Translations under genes and position numbers: made by a program
Notes under the pieces: generated by a model
Told to the model about the DNA's origin: nothing
What the model saw: the letters and a program-made list of their open reading frames with translations, nothing else
The model's database searches: none
DNA from: Candidatus Bathyarchaeia archaeon
GTDB taxonomy: Bacteria > Patescibacteriota > Microgenomatia > PFEM01 > JAFGMK01
NCBI GenBank assembly: GCA_035529595.1
Contig: DATKWK010000017.1
Coordinates: 29,384-93,383 of the forward strand
Length of the DNA stretch: 64,000 bases
Direction of reading: 5' to 3'
Part shown: one piece after another, positions 47,157 through 57,723 of the stretch
How positions within the stretch are numbered: position 1 is the stretch's first letter
Layout of the letters: every line of letters begins with the position of its first letter

Positions 47157-50100
47157 ATGGCTAATAAAAAAGTAAAATTATCGAAAAAACTAGGGGGGCT
47201 AGTCGTACTTTGGTTCTTGGCTGGTTTATTGGCAACCAAACCCTGCTTCGCCCAAAATGGCTCGGGAGCCTTATTCGGCTTTAATATTCACCATTTGGCA
47301 AAAATGGAAGAACAGGATATTAGCTCAATCTTACAGAAGCTCTCGACCGATTGTTCCACCAAAATAGTACGGATTTGGGGATACGAGACAGGAATTGACG
47401 CTTATGTCAGCCTGGAAAAAGTACTTCGGAATGCTCCGGAAGATGTTAAATTTATAGTTGCCTTAGAAGACTTTGCCCCAATTATTGAAGATCCGGTAAA
47501 CTGGTATCAGGAGGCTGCCCGGCCCGGATCAAATTACTATCGGCATGTCCAGCGGATGCTGGAACGCTACGGCAAGAATCCTCAGATTCTGGTTTGGGAA
47601 CTGGCTAACGAACCTTCCTGCGGTGGTTATTATGATGCTTGCTTGCCTAATTTTTTAAATTGGGTGGAGAAGATTTCCAATCTGATTGACGGTTATACGG
47701 ACGCCTATATTTCCCCCGGTCTGATCGGAATTCCCCAGTTCTCCGAGTACGATTATGAGCGGATTTCCAACACCGGCAGCATTAATGCTAATTCCTGCCA
47801 TTTTTATAGCAGTTATTCAGATAATGTCGTTAGTTGCCAATGGGCTTTTGATCACAAAGGCCGGGTTGAGTTTATCTATGCCGGTGAGGCCGGCTACGAA
47901 GGCGAGTTCGACTGTTCCGGCGGCGGCTGTACTACTAAACACTGTGAGAACTGCTGTGAACGGCCTATCCTTGAAAAACGAGCCAAAAAAGCGCTTGCCG
48001 ACTATGAAACATTGTCAAAAATGGGTTTTGATGCTTTCTTAATCTGGCAATTTTCACCCTTAGGCAGAGCTTGCGACAACTTTTCGGTCTTTCCGGGCGA
48101 CCCCCTCTGTCCGGGAATTCTAAATATCGCCCCGGACGAATTGACTCTGCCCCCGAATCGAAAAACCGAATGGGCCGATTCGGTTCCGGGAAGGAATATC
48201 CCCTGCCGGCCGCTGGTCGTCTCCCAACAGCAATGGGCTAGTGATACCACCAAAGGCGCCAACTATTTTAACCCATATTTTTTTAATACTGATCCGCTGG
48301 CTGCGGATTCCCTGAGCGGTTTTCCTTTTGATTATTCGCCCTGGCGGCCGTTTCCCGGCGATGCCGGCCGGGCTTTTTACGACACCAAGGGCAATATTAT
48401 CAACCAACCGCACAACGAAGACGACCAGGATGTCTGTTACGATTTGGAAAAGCTGGAAAAAGAAAAGCAGATCACCAGCTACTGCAATCCTTCCCCGCAA
48501 ATCACCGATTACATTCAATGGTTCCCTGACGAATCGGCTTTGGAAAAAACCGTAAGAGTCCTGGGCTATTACCGGCCTTTTTGGACCGACTCGCCGGCTC
48601 CGGAATATAAAACCACCCAGATTCCCTTCTTGGGCAACAGCTTAACCGCCTCACGGGAATACACCGACAACGCCCAAAGGATGTCTCTTTTTGTAAACGA
48701 TTTTCTGCGGGGAACGGTTTACTGGGACCAAACTGAAGTCGAAGAAAGAGACCCGCGGATTGCCCCGGAAAGCGGGCCGATCAGAAAACTGTTGCCTAAA
48801 AACCGGCAGATAAATAATGAGTATATTGATGCTTATATCGGCTGCCGTCTCTTTAAAGACCCTGATCAGTGTGGTTATCCGCTGCTGCATGAAGATGCCA
48901 TCCACGACTATGCTGTTCTGTGGACGACCGGAGACGCCGGTATTATCAAGACCGGCAATTTTACCGATCTGCCTGACCATCGAGAAATAAAAAAGTCTTC
49001 TGCCGTCCCCAATCCATGGCGGTTAAGCGCCTGGTTTTGCGGGTTGCCTGGTATCGCCCGACCACTTAAATATACTAATCTTTGTCCGGAAGACGATTAC
49101 AGCGGCGAAGGCATCTACTGGATCAGAAGTCAGGAAGGTTATCCCTATTTTCCGCTGACCTCCCGAGAAGACGTCCCGGCAGTGGTTGATGTCGGTTTTG
49201 ACGGCGTCTGGGATCCAAACGACCCAAGATTAAGTGAAATACCGCCCGGGAAACCTTTCCCCGTCGGCTATCAGATGAAAATGGAAGATTATTACGCTGT
49301 CATTGAAGACGGCTACTGGGAAGATTCCAATGGCGACGGAATTATGGAATATAATAAATGGGGTGGGATTTACCATATCGACAAGGGCGCCAATTCACCC
49401 GACAGCGATCCACCTCTGCCAATGTACGAATTCCACTTTGTCGATCTGGTTTTTATTCCCCATATAGCTGAAGCCCGCGAACTGGGAGAATGGGCTGGTT
49501 TAACGTTAACCCCCTATACAATGATGAAAAAAGATTTGCCTGATTTTTGGGAAAAAGACCGGAGCGTTCATCAACTTAATCTGGTCACCAGCCGTACCTG
49601 CGAGATCAATGATATTGCCCGCGGCGGACCGGGTGATGCCCTGGCAGTCGACTGGCGGCATAGTTTCCGCTATGTTGATTATCCTACCGACCCCTGGAAC
49701 ATCGGCAATGAAGGTGAAAGACAACTTAGGATACTGCGCGAAGAAAAAGCGATACCAGACCCCCTTCATGACTGGTGGTGTAAAGCCGATCCCAGCGAAT
49801 GGCCGGATCGGGAAACCACGCCGATTGAATCCAATAAAGGCTGGGTAGTGACCAAAATTCCTTATCTGGAACAAGTCGCCAAAAGACTCATCGGCCAAGC
49901 CGGGGTTTTTAAAACCTTAATGCCTTATAGTTTCAACGAGGAAGTCGAAGACTTGATTACAGAAGTTGGCAGAGGCAGCGTCTATCCTTGGGAACTGCCC
50001 GGTTACGGACCGGCCCAACACAGTTACAACAACGGCTTAGCCCCGGAAGGGGTTAAGGAACATTGGGGCTGCTGTAATTATCCAGGTGACAAGTGTGATG

Positions 50101-50387
50101 GTATGGATTATCCCCAGGCAGATTGTCCCGATTACTGCAAATGGAATTCTGAAGCTGGACTTTGTATAGTACCGGGAACTAAAGTAGATTGTATCGCCCC
50201 CTGCAACTGCGATTATTGCAGTAAAGATAACTGCGGACCGGTATCCAAGGACGGATCGGATATCCGCGGTTGGGGAACTGCCAATAATGAAGATGCCCGT
50301 TTCTATTATCCTTATATCGGAACGATTGATATTTTCCGGCAATACTTTATGAATGCCGTTCTCCCCTCTGAGCTATCGACTTTATAA
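47157..50387 (+). CDS. Large secreted protein: N-terminal clan GH-A (GH5-like) glycosidase domain + Cys-rich unknown region
   Basis: Signal peptide; VRIW, ILVWELANEP (acid/base), SCHFY, YAGEAG (nucleophile), LIWQF. Confidence 0.78.
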   Translation: MANKKVKLSKKLGGLVVLWFLAGLLATKPCFAQNGSGALFGFNIHHLAKMEEQDISSILQKLSTDCSTKIVRIWGYETGIDAYVSLEKVLRNAPEDVKFIVALEDFAPIIEDPVNWYQEAARPGSNYYRHVQRMLERYGKNPQILVWELANEPSCGGYYDACLPNFLNWVEKISNLIDGYTDAYISPGLIGIPQFSEYDYERISNTGSINANSCHFYSSYSDNVVSCQWAFDHKGRVEFIYAGEAGYEGEFDCSGGGCTTKHCENCCERPILEKRAKKALADYETLSKMGFDAFLIWQFSPLGRACDNFSVFPGDPLCPGILNIAPDELTLPPNRKTEWADSVPGRNIPCRPLVVSQQQWASDTTKGANYFNPYFFNTDPLAADSLSGFPFDYSPWRPFPGDAGRAFYDTKGNIINQPHNEDDQDVCYDLEKLEKEKQITSYCNPSPQITDYIQWFPDESALEKTVRVLGYYRPFWTDSPAPEYKTTQIPFLGNSLTASREYTDNAQRMSLFVNDFLRGTVYWDQTEVEERDPRIAPESGPIRKLLPKNRQINNEYIDAYIGCRLFKDPDQCGYPLLHEDAIHDYAVLWTTGDAGIIKTGNFTDLPDHREIKKSSAVPNPWRLSAWFCGLPGIARPLKYTNLCPEDDYSGEGIYWIRSQEGYPYFPLTSREDVPAVVDVGFDGVWDPNDPRLSEIPPGKPFPVGYQMKMEDYYAVIEDGYWEDSNGDGIMEYNKWGGIYHIDKGANSPDSDPPLPMYEFHFVDLVFIPHIAEARELGEWAGLTLTPYTMMKKDLPDFWEKDRSVHQLNLVTSRTCEINDIARGGPGDALAVDWRHSFRYVDYPTDPWNIGNEGERQLRILREEKAIPDPLHDWWCKADPSEWPDRETTPIESNKGWVVTKIPYLEQVAKRLIGQAGVFKTLMPYSFNEEVEDLITEVGRGSVYPWELPGYGPAQHSYNNGLAPEGVKEHWGCCNYPGDKCDGMDYPQADCPDYCKWNSEAGLCIVPGTKVDCIAPCNCDYCSKDNCGPVSKDGSDIRGWGTANNEDARFYYPYIGTIDIFRQYFMNAVLPSELSTL

Positions 50388-50439
50388 AGTAAAAATCGCC
50401 TCTTGCATTGTCAAAAAAAACCTGTTACTCTAAAAATCA

Positions 50440-52179
50440 ATGAACCTGAAAAGAATCGTTAAAAGCAAAAAAATACTAATCTTTTTACTGGCCTCTTTTT
50501 TGCTAGTCCCCCTTTTCACTAACCTGATTCTGGCTTATGACTCGACACCGGATGAAGATGATGTCCCCTATATTAAGCAGGTCTGGTTACCGGCGGTTAA
50601 ATCTTCGGAAATGAACTTGGAAAGCTTCGTCTACGAAACAATTAAAGCAATTCCCCCGTCTCTTATCAGTATGATTTTAACCAATAAGAGGTGGGCTGAC
50701 AGCTGGATAATCAAAGGAGATGTTACTCCCTATAAAATTCCCAAACCCTCCGAAGCTGGTATCTTGCAGTCTCTTTTGGGCTTTATCACCTATCTCTATG
50801 CCCAACCGCCGGCTTCAGGATTAAACTACATTGCTTACGTCCGCCAGAATCTCGGATTAGCCCCGGCCTATGCTCAAGGCAGTTACGGCTACCAAAGCTT
50901 GTCTCCGGTCATTCCGATGTGGACGGCCTTTCGTAATATAACGTACGCCTTATTTGCCATTTTGCTGGTCGTCGCCGGATTTCTGGTGATGTTCCGAATC
51001 AAGACCGATCCCCGGACGGTAATTACTGTTCAAGCCGCCATTCCTAAAGTAATTATGGCCTTGCTTTTGGTTACTTTTTCCTATGCCATTGCCGGTTTTG
51101 TGATGGACTTAACCTACGTAATTCTATTTGCCGCTCTTGGACTCTTCCGGGGAGCCGGCTTAATCGGCGGTGAAGTCTTGGGGGTAGATGTCATTAAGAA
51201 GGCGCTTACCGAGTGGAACGCGGCCTGGTTTGGTTTCATGGTCCTGATTTTTAGTACCGGTGGGCTTTTTAACGGCATTAACAATATTGTTTCCGGTTTC
51301 CTGACACCGCCGGTCATCCCCAGCATTCCATTAATCAGTGACACCTTAAGATATGTTGTCGGAATTGCTCCTTCAGCCTTGGTTTTGCTGATTATTCTGG
51401 TTGTGATTATCTTTGTCCTTTTTAAGATTTCTTTTCTACTTATTAAAAGCTACATCAGTATCATTCTGGCAGTCCTGATCGCTCCTTTCCAAATTATGCT
51501 AAGTTCTCTGCCGGGAGTAAACGGGTTTGGTTCTTGGCTAAAAAACCTGGTGGCGCATGCGGCAGTTTTCCCGATCGTCGGCATTATGTTCCTGGTGGCG
51601 GCGATTCTCATGGGACCGACAATCGGGATTCAGATTGGTCCGGTGGGCATTTCGTTTGACCCTTTTGACCGGACTAAAAGCGGTTTTAGTACCCCAGTTG
51701 CTCCGCCACCGCTTTTGGGCGACAATCTTTCCAAGCCCGGCTCGATCGAAACTTTAATCGGCCTGGGAATTATCTTTTATATCCCCAGCATCTGCAGCCG
51801 ATTACAGGAAGCGCTCCGACGCCCGCTTGGTCTTGAATCGGCGATTTCGATGGTCGGTTTTCAGAAGTCGTTTGTCGGCGGTGCTCTTTACGGATCAGCC
51901 CAGAAAAAAGCTGGGGATGCTGCTACTACGTTTCTAGGCAGTGTTCCAGGTAGGATCGCTGGTAAGGTCAAAGAAGAAAAAGGTAAGAAAGCTGTTTCTC
52001 CTACAGACCAAAGCCTTGCGCCGTCAACCCAGCAAACAGCTCATCACCCAGGTTGGCAACTACCGAGCCATAGACCGGCATCCGGCGGTGGCGCCCAGTT
52101 AGCTAAAGGTCAACAGGTTAGTCCGGCACCAACCGCGGGCCAGGCTGCAACCCCGAAGAAAACTCCAAGAGTAAGATAG
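50440..52179 (+). CDS. Polytopic membrane protein, VirB6/TrbL-like
   Basis: WTAFRNITY, IPKVIMALLLVTFSYAIAGFVMDL, AVLIAPFQI, WLKNL; T4SS context; disordered C-tail. Confidence 0.72.
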   Translation: MNLKRIVKSKKILIFLLASFLLVPLFTNLILAYDSTPDEDDVPYIKQVWLPAVKSSEMNLESFVYETIKAIPPSLISMILTNKRWADSWIIKGDVTPYKIPKPSEAGILQSLLGFITYLYAQPPASGLNYIAYVRQNLGLAPAYAQGSYGYQSLSPVIPMWTAFRNITYALFAILLVVAGFLVMFRIKTDPRTVITVQAAIPKVIMALLLVTFSYAIAGFVMDLTYVILFAALGLFRGAGLIGGEVLGVDVIKKALTEWNAAWFGFMVLIFSTGGLFNGINNIVSGFLTPPVIPSIPLISDTLRYVVGIAPSALVLLIILVVIIFVLFKISFLLIKSYISIILAVLIAPFQIMLSSLPGVNGFGSWLKNLVAHAAVFPIVGIMFLVAAILMGPTIGIQIGPVGISFDPFDRTKSGFSTPVAPPPLLGDNLSKPGSIETLIGLGIIFYIPSICSRLQEALRRPLGLESAISMVGFQKSFVGGALYGSAQKKAGDAATTFLGSVPGRIAGKVKEEKGKKAVSPTDQSLAPSTQQTAHHPGWQLPSHRPASGGGAQLAKGQQVSPAPTAGQAATPKKTPRVR

Positions 52180-52180
52180 G

Positions 52181-52324
52181 ATGTCAAACAAAGACTTTAA
52201 AAAGAAGAAAAAGAAGCTTAAAGTAAGTCCGCAAGTTAAAGCGAGTTTACCCGCTTGGCAAATCTCAACCAAAAAGAAAGAAGACAACCTCAGGTTATGG
52301 AAAAAAACTCCCTACATTAGATAG
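52181..52324 (+). CDS. Putative small basic protein (47 aa)
   Basis: ATG 1 nt after the upstream stop; MSNKDFKKKKKKLKVSPQ... Confidence 0.4.
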   Translation: MSNKDFKKKKKKLKVSPQVKASLPAWQISTKKKEDNLRLWKKTPYIR

Positions 52325-52353
52325 AAGACTTTTTCTAATTCAAATATTAAAAC

Positions 52354-55300
52354 TTACCATCTTGGCGGTTTTTCCGGGCCAAATATTTCCCTAAATAATT
52401 GATGTCCGATACTGAAACCTAACTCCTTAGCAAACTGACTTAACCGGAAAGCATGGCCTGGCGTAATTAAACCGTCTGCTAACAGTGCGGGCACTAACGG
52501 TGCTCGTTCCCGAGTTAAGCCAAAGGTTGTCCTCAACTCCATCGTTTCAACTATCTCTGAAGCTGGCACTAACGCTTTTGAAAACGGCTGAGCCATGGCA
52601 TCCTTCCGCCACGGTGAAACCTGAACTAGGACATTCGCCGTCAGGATAGCTACATGATCCTGATAGGCTTGAATGTTCGCTTCATTGGATAATCCCCGCG
52701 TCCAAGCGCAAACGTCCATCAAATTTCGCAGAGCGCCGACCGCGCCATCAACTACTGCTACCGGATCAGTTAATTTCCTCGGATCAATTTGGCCGGTAGC
52801 CATTTCCATAAAAGTCATTGCCTGTATCCATAAGAAGTTCATATATAAACCATTATAAAATGTCTCCGATAACTGTCCAAACGGTATTGTCTTCCAACTG
52901 CCCCCGACAGTGAAATGTTCCAGAGGGATATCCGGCATCCCTTCTAGGCCGATTTTATCAATCGACTGCTGATGCTCCCAAGCCTCCTCTTCCGAACCAG
53001 TTAAGGCTAATCCCCGTTCTTTTTTACTCCTTGCTTGAGCTACTAAAGCTCTTAAGTCCCCATCCTCGTTCCATCTTTGCCTAATGTCATCTATTCTGCT
53101 TTTGATTTCAAGAATCATAGCCTCATCTGGAGCTAGTGGTTGTCCGCTGACCTTTTTAGCAGTAATATCCCGAAGAGCCGTATCTAATTTTGAGCCCTGA
53201 ATAGGACAAGTTGTCAGCACGTCAGCCACAATCTCGCCGATCAAGGGGTCTTTAGGATCGACGGTTAAAGGATAGCGGCGATCTACAAGTTCACCAGTGA
53301 CTCCAATTTCCAATAAACGTAAAAGCTTTTCTTGAGTAAGTCCTTTAGGTGTTCTTGACCGTTGTAGGGCTTTTTCTCTGGCCGCTTTTCCTGCCCGCTG
53401 ATAAAGCCTTTTAAACTGAGCAATATCGGCAAGTTCTTTCAAGGCCGGCTCACCTTGTTTTTGATAGCTTTTTAACAAAGCCGAAGCTCCTCGCCCTCTG
53501 ATATTCCAATTTGCCAGTAACGGCCTGACCGCATCCGCTCCTGCACGATGGTATATCGCTCTGAGTCTGCTTTCGGATTCCTTAATGCCAACTTTTTCAG
53601 CAACTACTGTAACTCTAGCCCGGTTATACGCTTTTATTAAATCACGTGCCTGACTCTCATGTACTCCCCCCGGTTTTTTTCCGCCCGCCATCAATCTGGC
53701 AACTCCAATTTCTCCCCCCAGCCTATATGCTTCGATCGCTTTTTCTGTATTTAAATGCCAATTTCTTAGTCTAATTAAATTCGCCACAGCCTGCTGGCCT
53801 GCCTGATCGCACTTCTCTGTCAATTCAGCCGGAAGAAAGAAAATACAAGCAGGATTTTTCACCTTAGCATCAACCTTAGCATTACTGACGAAGCGATATG
53901 TGGCTGAAATAAATATCTTATCGAGATAGGCACCAATATGCCAGGATCTATGGACATCTTCAACCGCGAACCGAAAAAGAGCCACCCTGGCTTTTCTGGC
54001 CATCTCAACCGCAAAAGGACTTCTGACGACTTGACCGATGCCTTCGACGAACCTATTCATTAACGAGGCCGACGTGTAGGCATCATCCAAAGACGGCATA
54101 TCATGCGGTAAACGATCTAGCATTTTGTCAACTAAGTTGCGTCTATTTGCCCGTTCTTCATCGCTTATACCCGGCTCATCCGGTTGTACGGCTCCCTCTA
54201 AGGCGACCCGGTATGCCTGGTTAGCCGCGCCGAGCCCTTCCTGGGCAAAAGAAGACCAACTGATAGATCTCATTGCCGGTGAAGCCAAAACATCCCAAAT
54301 GTGGTAGGCGCCCTCAAAAGGCTGGCTATACTCCGGGTTTGCGTAAACTTCGCCATCTTCGTCCGTTTTTGCAATTTCTGCTATAAACAGCTCATCCCAA
54401 AAGGCCATCATGGTTAAATGTTCCGGTTCGATTGTCGTACATCGAATTCTTGGAACAGATTCACCATAACCAAGTAATAAACCAACCTTTTCTCCGGCAG
54501 TACCGCTGCCCAAAGCGATTCTCATCTCCAAATAACGGTCGGTAAAGGCGATTACCGCTCGAGATAGCATTCTTACTCTTTCTTTAAAGGATCGCTCAAT
54601 TCCCATAATCGATTTCCATTCACCAACTTCGTCAGGAATCATAGCCATCCATTCTTGGATGTCCTGGACTAATGTATTATTTACCTCAAAATAACTAGGC
54701 TGTTCGGTTCTAATTAAAGTATCCAGACGGCGATAAAACCCATCCAACCAGTAATTAGGACCTTTTTCTTTCGTTTCTGTCGATTTAGCCGCTTCATTTT
54801 CTTTCTTTATCTGATCTTTTAAAATGCCGCATAAAGCTTCCATCACCCGGTGCTGACGGGTGTGTTCAAGGATATCTTTATCCAATCTTTCAATCTCATG
54901 TCTGTTACCCGCTGCTTGTACCTTGGCATAGCTAATAAATCGCCTCATTTGATCCCGCCAAGCCCGTTCCCGATCCATCAGATCCTCGATCTTGTCAAGA
55001 GTAAGATCTCCGTCACGACGCAACTCAACCGTCTCGATCACTAAATCAATCGGCGGCACTAACATTCCTGTTCCTGGAACTCTCTCTCTTGGTCCAAAAC
55101 CCTCATTCAAATCAGTCAGAGTCAAGACCTCAACATCGGCTTCAGGAATAAAAACCTGCCAGACCAAACAATTCAGGTTTTTTTCTAAAGCGGCGACTGC
55201 CTCTATAGTCCTCTCAGGGAATCTTTTAACCCGCTCTTTAAGACTCCTGATATCGCGAAGCCAGGCTGCCAATGAGGCCGCACTGACCCGATCAACTCCT

Positions 55301-55722
55301 TCTATTTCATTAATTTCTCTTTGAACCTGACCTAAAAAATCAAGAATTAAATCACGATCTCTGGGGTCTCCAACTAGATGAAGATTAACTGGCACAACTC
55401 CGTGCTGAAGCATTGAAACAATATCCGGGGGCAAACCTTCAGGATGACTCGCATCAACCCTGCCTAAATTATACTGCTGCCTGATTCTCTCCAACCCATA
55501 AGAAATAAATTCTTCCGGTGGCGACCAGTCTCCAGACTCCGGAGAAGTCGGCCCTTCACTATCTGGAGGAGGAGGCGTCTCCGGCGGCTGTCCACCCTGA
55601 GGAGATTGAGGAGGATTTTCAACAAATTCACCCTCTATTTCCTCGATTCTACCGTTAGCACCCTCATCACTGGAAGCATCATTTTCTTGAACAACGCGCC
55701 ATCTATTTTGTTCGTTACTCAT
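52354..55722 (-). CDS. Large hypothetical helical protein (1122 aa) with Pro/acidic disordered N-terminus
   Basis: Long open frame, TGgTAAAAT upstream; no signal peptide or TM; no family recognised. Confidence 0.8.
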   Translation of the reverse strand: MSNEQNRWRVVQENDASSDEGANGRIEEIEGEFVENPPQSPQGGQPPETPPPPDSEGPTSPESGDWSPPEEFISYGLERIRQQYNLGRVDASHPEGLPPDIVSMLQHGVVPVNLHLVGDPRDRDLILDFLGQVQREINEIEGVDRVSAASLAAWLRDIRSLKERVKRFPERTIEAVAALEKNLNCLVWQVFIPEADVEVLTLTDLNEGFGPRERVPGTGMLVPPIDLVIETVELRRDGDLTLDKIEDLMDRERAWRDQMRRFISYAKVQAAGNRHEIERLDKDILEHTRQHRVMEALCGILKDQIKKENEAAKSTETKEKGPNYWLDGFYRRLDTLIRTEQPSYFEVNNTLVQDIQEWMAMIPDEVGEWKSIMGIERSFKERVRMLSRAVIAFTDRYLEMRIALGSGTAGEKVGLLLGYGESVPRIRCTTIEPEHLTMMAFWDELFIAEIAKTDEDGEVYANPEYSQPFEGAYHIWDVLASPAMRSISWSSFAQEGLGAANQAYRVALEGAVQPDEPGISDEERANRRNLVDKMLDRLPHDMPSLDDAYTSASLMNRFVEGIGQVVRSPFAVEMARKARVALFRFAVEDVHRSWHIGAYLDKIFISATYRFVSNAKVDAKVKNPACIFFLPAELTEKCDQAGQQAVANLIRLRNWHLNTEKAIEAYRLGGEIGVARLMAGGKKPGGVHESQARDLIKAYNRARVTVVAEKVGIKESESRLRAIYHRAGADAVRPLLANWNIRGRGASALLKSYQKQGEPALKELADIAQFKRLYQRAGKAAREKALQRSRTPKGLTQEKLLRLLEIGVTGELVDRRYPLTVDPKDPLIGEIVADVLTTCPIQGSKLDTALRDITAKKVSGQPLAPDEAMILEIKSRIDDIRQRWNEDGDLRALVAQARSKKERGLALTGSEEEAWEHQQSIDKIGLEGMPDIPLEHFTVGGSWKTIPFGQLSETFYNGLYMNFLWIQAMTFMEMATGQIDPRKLTDPVAVVDGAVGALRNLMDVCAWTRGLSNEANIQAYQDHVAILTANVLVQVSPWRKDAMAQPFSKALVPASEIVETMELRTTFGLTRERAPLVPALLADGLITPGHAFRLSQFAKELGFSIGHQLFREIFGPEKPPRW

Positions 55723-55775
55723 AAATTCGTTGAATTAATAAGCAGCCTTATTTTACCATATCATGTCTGCTGAAG

Positions 55776-56297
55776 CTATCGTCGATACAATAATACAAAG
55801 CCGAAAGTAGCATCTGCTAAAATTGATTTTTCCGGTTGCCAACCTTCAAAAGTAAAACCGTAAGAAATAATCCGGGTACCGGGTTTCAATTCCTGCCAGA
55901 ATTTTTCTTTTAGAAGCTGATTAGTTGATTGAAGTAAGAACACACAGACAATGTCGGTAGCCGACAGATTAACATTAAAAAAATTATCATGGATAATTTC
56001 AGCATTTTTGCCAAGCCGCAGTAACCGAATCCACAGTCGGGAATAAAAAACCCGCAAAGAATTTATTTCAATACCATAAGCTCGAGCTCCTTTTAAAGCA
56101 GCAGCGATTACCAGTCGCCCATCACCCGAACCTAAGTCGTAAAAAATCTCGCCTTTTTTAATATCAGCCAGTTTCATTACCGCTTTAATCACTTCCGGAT
56201 CCATAGCAACATAAGGAGCGCCAAAACGGGCAAAAGACAAGTTGTACAAAAACCAAAAAACAAGAATAAGAATTCCCAGAATAAAACCAAGCTGCAT
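55776..56297 (-). CDS. Membrane-anchored class I SAM methyltransferase
   Basis: N-terminal TM, GAPYV, YDLGSGDGR, GIEIN, ELKPGTRIIS. Confidence 0.9.
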   Translation of the reverse strand: MQLGFILGILILVFWFLYNLSFARFGAPYVAMDPEVIKAVMKLADIKKGEIFYDLGSGDGRLVIAAALKGARAYGIEINSLRVFYSRLWIRLLRLGKNAEIIHDNFFNVNLSATDIVCVFLLQSTNQLLKEKFWQELKPGTRIISYGFTFEGWQPEKSILADATFGFVLLYRR

Positions 56298-56329
56298 GAT
56301 TTTATTCTAACACAAGTTTCGCAGTTGTC

Positions 56330-56487
56330 TGTCATTCTGAAGCATCAGCAGTAGAATCTCTTTTTTACTTTGAGATCCTATCGGGTCGAAGGTTCTACCC
56401 TCCGGGATGACAAATAGAGAGAAAACAAGCGAAATCACTCCTGCCTGCCCGCAATCGCTACGCTCAAGCGTTGGCAGACGGGCAAGG
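56330..56487. repeat. Two adjacent REP/MITE-like palindromic elements
   Basis: TGTCATTCTG..AGAATCTC..GAGATCCT..CGGGATGACA (56330-56412) and CCTGCCTGCCCG..CGCT/AGCG..CGGGCAAGG (56440-56487). Confidence 0.6.
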
Positions 56488-56700
56488 TGACAGGTTGAAA
56501 GATTCGAATCCTAAACTTTCGACTTCTAAAAAAGTTACTTGGATAACGGATTCAAACCTGAAAAAAGTAGAAGGACGCGAGGCATCCTCCTCGGAGTGTG
56601 GGATTGAGTGTAGATACGGCAACGGAATCGGAGTTGAGAGCCAACCGTGATTATGATAGAGTGATTACATCAGAGTAAGTAATAAGCCGTCTATTCATTC

Positions 56701-57723
56701 ATGGAACAACACCCGATCCCGCAACAGATTTCAAGTTATCAATTCCGCCTGATCGGCGATATGACCCTCAAACAGTTTTCTCAACTGGCCGGCGGGGTAG
56801 TTATCGCCATACTCATTTATTCTCTGCCGATCCTTTCAGTCATTAAATGGTTTCTGGTTATTTTTTTTGTATTTTTAGGCTTTGCCTTAGCCTTTCTGCC
56901 TCTTGAAGACCGGCCTTTGGATAAATGGATCACTGCTTTTATCAGATCTATCTACTCCCCGACTCAATATATTTGGCAAAAAACAAAGAAAATACCCGAC
57001 TTCCTCCAGGAAATAACTACCAAATCAAAAAAAGCGGCAGAAAATATTCCCCAGATCGAAACAACCAGGCCTAATCTCGAGGAATATTTTGAAACTTTTT
57101 CGCCTCGCCGGCCGGAATCAAAGATTGAAAAAGAAGAACAATTAGCCTTGGAGAAAATGAATTCTCTTTTCCAGGCTACCAAATTACCAACGGATTTTAT
57201 TCCGGAAACCAGACAGATTGAACCTGAAGAACAAACGATGCCGCAAATTAAAGTCAGGCCGCATAAATTAAGAATTCCCCCTTCCGAGGCGGTTGTCCTA
57301 AAAATCGGTATCATTCCTAACCCCGTAAGAAAACCTAAGAAAAGCAGTGTTTCAACGATCACTCCTACGCCTAAGATCAGGATGCCTCCTTTCAAAAGAC
57401 AATCAACCAAGACAGCGGTCGAGGCCGTAACCTCAACTGACTTACCGATTCCTGATACTCCAAGACAACCAAACGTTATCGTTGGCATGATTCTGGATCA
57501 CAACGGGAAAATAGTGGAAAGAGCGATTGCCGAAATCAGGGATAAAGACGGCATCCCGGTTAGAGCTCTCAGGAGCAACCGTCTGGGCCAGTTTCAAATC
57601 GTGAACCCCTTGCCTGACGGCGCCTATGAAATCGAGATTGAAAAGGAAGGTTTTGAATTTGATATAATTAAATTAAATCTGACCGGGGAGGTTGTCGCCC
57701 CGATTGAAATTCGAGCCAAATGA
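56701..57723 (+). CDS. PrgI/VirB3-like protein with C-terminal carboxypeptidase-regulatory-like beta-sandwich
   Basis: QHPIPQQISSYQFRLIGDMTLKQF, two TM, RPLDKW; PVRALRSNRLGQF..G.YEIEIEK. Confidence 0.85.
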   Translation: MEQHPIPQQISSYQFRLIGDMTLKQFSQLAGGVVIAILIYSLPILSVIKWFLVIFFVFLGFALAFLPLEDRPLDKWITAFIRSIYSPTQYIWQKTKKIPDFLQEITTKSKKAAENIPQIETTRPNLEEYFETFSPRRPESKIEKEEQLALEKMNSLFQATKLPTDFIPETRQIEPEEQTMPQIKVRPHKLRIPPSEAVVLKIGIIPNPVRKPKKSSVSTITPTPKIRMPPFKRQSTKTAVEAVTSTDLPIPDTPRQPNVIVGMILDHNGKIVERAIAEIRDKDGIPVRALRSNRLGQFQIVNPLPDGAYEIEIEKEGFEFDIIKLNLTGEVVAPIEIRAK

